From an uncultured Alphaproteobacteria bacterium (lineage in GTDB: Bacteria; Pseudomonadota; Alphaproteobacteria; Rhizobiales; Hyphomicrobiaceae): a stretch of 64,000 bases of DNA. Every line of letters begins with the position of its first letter. Positions within the stretch are counted from its first letter, which is position 1. The DNA is taken from assembly GCA_963782555.1 (NCBI GenBank), contig CAWAKB010000002.1, positions 28,308 to 92,307 of the forward strand, read 5' to 3'. The notes under the pieces were generated by a model, which was not told the origin of the DNA, did not search any database, and saw nothing but the letters and a program-made list of their open reading frames with translations. The translations under genes were made by a program, and so were the position numbers. This document shows, one piece after another, positions 63,062 to 64,000 of the stretch.

Positions 63062-63109
63062 GTAGGAGTCATCAGCCAAGTTGCGGCGGTTTCGGGGGAC
63101 TCCATCCCC
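63062..63109 (-). ncRNA. Fluoride (crcB-motif) riboswitch upstream of DUF190
   Basis: Minus strand GGGGATGGAGTCCCCCGAAACCGCCGCAACTTGGCTGATGACTCCTAC, canonical pattern. Confidence 0.92.
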
Positions 63110-63227
63110 ATATGGGCCAGAACGCTAATTTATGGCTGGCACAGGGTCAACGGTGGCGGCAACGCCGAATGATCTGCTCGCAGACATGCAAGTAGCGTGT
63201 CCGGCCGGCGCGCCCAACATGATCAGC

Positions 63228-64000
63228 TCAAGTAGTGGTGTGTGATCCCCGCTTGGTCATGTCATGGGCCACGCCGGCCGCCTGCGCCGTCGGAAGGCGC
63301 CGTGCCGCCCACCGTTCGAGTGCAAAATAGAGGGTTGGCATGATGAACAGGGTGAGCAGCGTAGCCGGAAGAAGACCGCCGGCCACAACCGTCGCGAGGC
63401 TGCGCTGCACGTCGCTGCCGACGCCCGTCGCCAGCGCGGCTGGCAACATGCCGACCGTTGCCACGGAAGCCGTCATAAGCACCGGTCGCAAGCGTTCGCC
63501 AGCTCCTACCAAGACGGCCTCGAACAGCGGGGTGCCTTGCTCGCGGACCCGATTGAGGTTTGCCACCATGATGACCCCGTTCATGACGGCGACACCGAAC
63601 AGCGCGATGAAGCCGACCCCCGACGCGACATTTAGGGTCGTCCCGGTGAGATGGAGGGCGATCAATCCTCCGAGCGTCGCCAAGGGCACCAAGCTGAGGA
63701 TCAGCAAGACCTGGCGCAAGACCCCGAACTCGGCATAGAGCAGTATTATCATGAGCCCCAAGACCAAGCCGAGAATCAGCTTGAAACGCGCCTCTGCCCG
63801 CCGCTGGCTCTCGAACTGTCCGCCCCATTTAAGGTGATATTTTTTCCGATCGAATGAAACCTTTGCTGCGATGGCTTTCGTGACCTGTGACACGAGCGCA
63901 GCGGGATCGCGATCATGATAGTCGAGCTTCACCAGTAGGTAGCGGTGATTCATTTCGCGATTGATCATGCTTTCGCCGGTCTGCACCTTGACGTCCGCGA
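63228..64000 (-). CDS. CusA/CzcA-family RND efflux permease, C-terminal part (truncated by the window)
   Basis: WGGQFESQRRA, VASGVGFIALFGVAVMNG, RLRPVLMTA, GVGSDVQRSLATVVAGGL. Confidence 0.92.
   Translation of the reverse strand, partial: ADVKVQTGESMINREMNHRYLLVKLDYHDRDPAALVSQVTKAIAAKVSFDRKKYHLKWGGQFESQRRAEARFKLILGLVLGLMIILLYAEFGVLRQVLLILSLVPLATLGGLIALHLTGTTLNVASGVGFIALFGVAVMNGVIMVANLNRVREQGTPLFEAVLVGAGERLRPVLMTASVATVGMLPAALATGVGSDVQRSLATVVAGGLLPATLLTLFIMPTLYFALERWAARRLPTAQAAGVAHDMTKRGSHTTT

Overview
High-GC alphaproteobacterial chromosome segment; gene content suggests Hyphomicrobiales (inference). Bases 1-43557 are mostly core genes: zur-znuC-znuB, ispG, ispA, mtgA, rpmF, phaR/phaA/phaB, gloB, metW/metX with a SAM-II riboswitch, hisC-tyrA-chaC, class II nrdJ with tandem LexA-like boxes, plsC-ydcF-ftsX-ftsE, hpt, a CpdR-like regulator, moaA/mobA, a TRAP binding protein, a VPLPA-CTERM protein, a CoA-transferase and tRNA-Arg(CCG). 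After the tRNA, an accessory region runs to the window end. It holds (i) a triuret-hydrolase-like cysteine hydrolase with a urea transporter and a cupin; (ii) a LuxR/AraC pair followed by four copies of a conserved upstream element, driving two paralogous secreted low-complexity proteins, a 42-aa membrane peptide and a methyltransferase/DUF4242 cluster; (iii) an IS3-family element; and (iv) a Ni-ligand-less hydrogenase-related (Ehr/Hyf-like) membrane complex and a DUF190 gene, each behind its own fluoride riboswitch, next to a CusA/CzcA-type RND gene, with no crcB/CLC-F exporter visible in the window. About 14 genes carry small indels, most likely assembly errors rather than real pseudogenes. 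All calls come from motif reading only; no searches were run.
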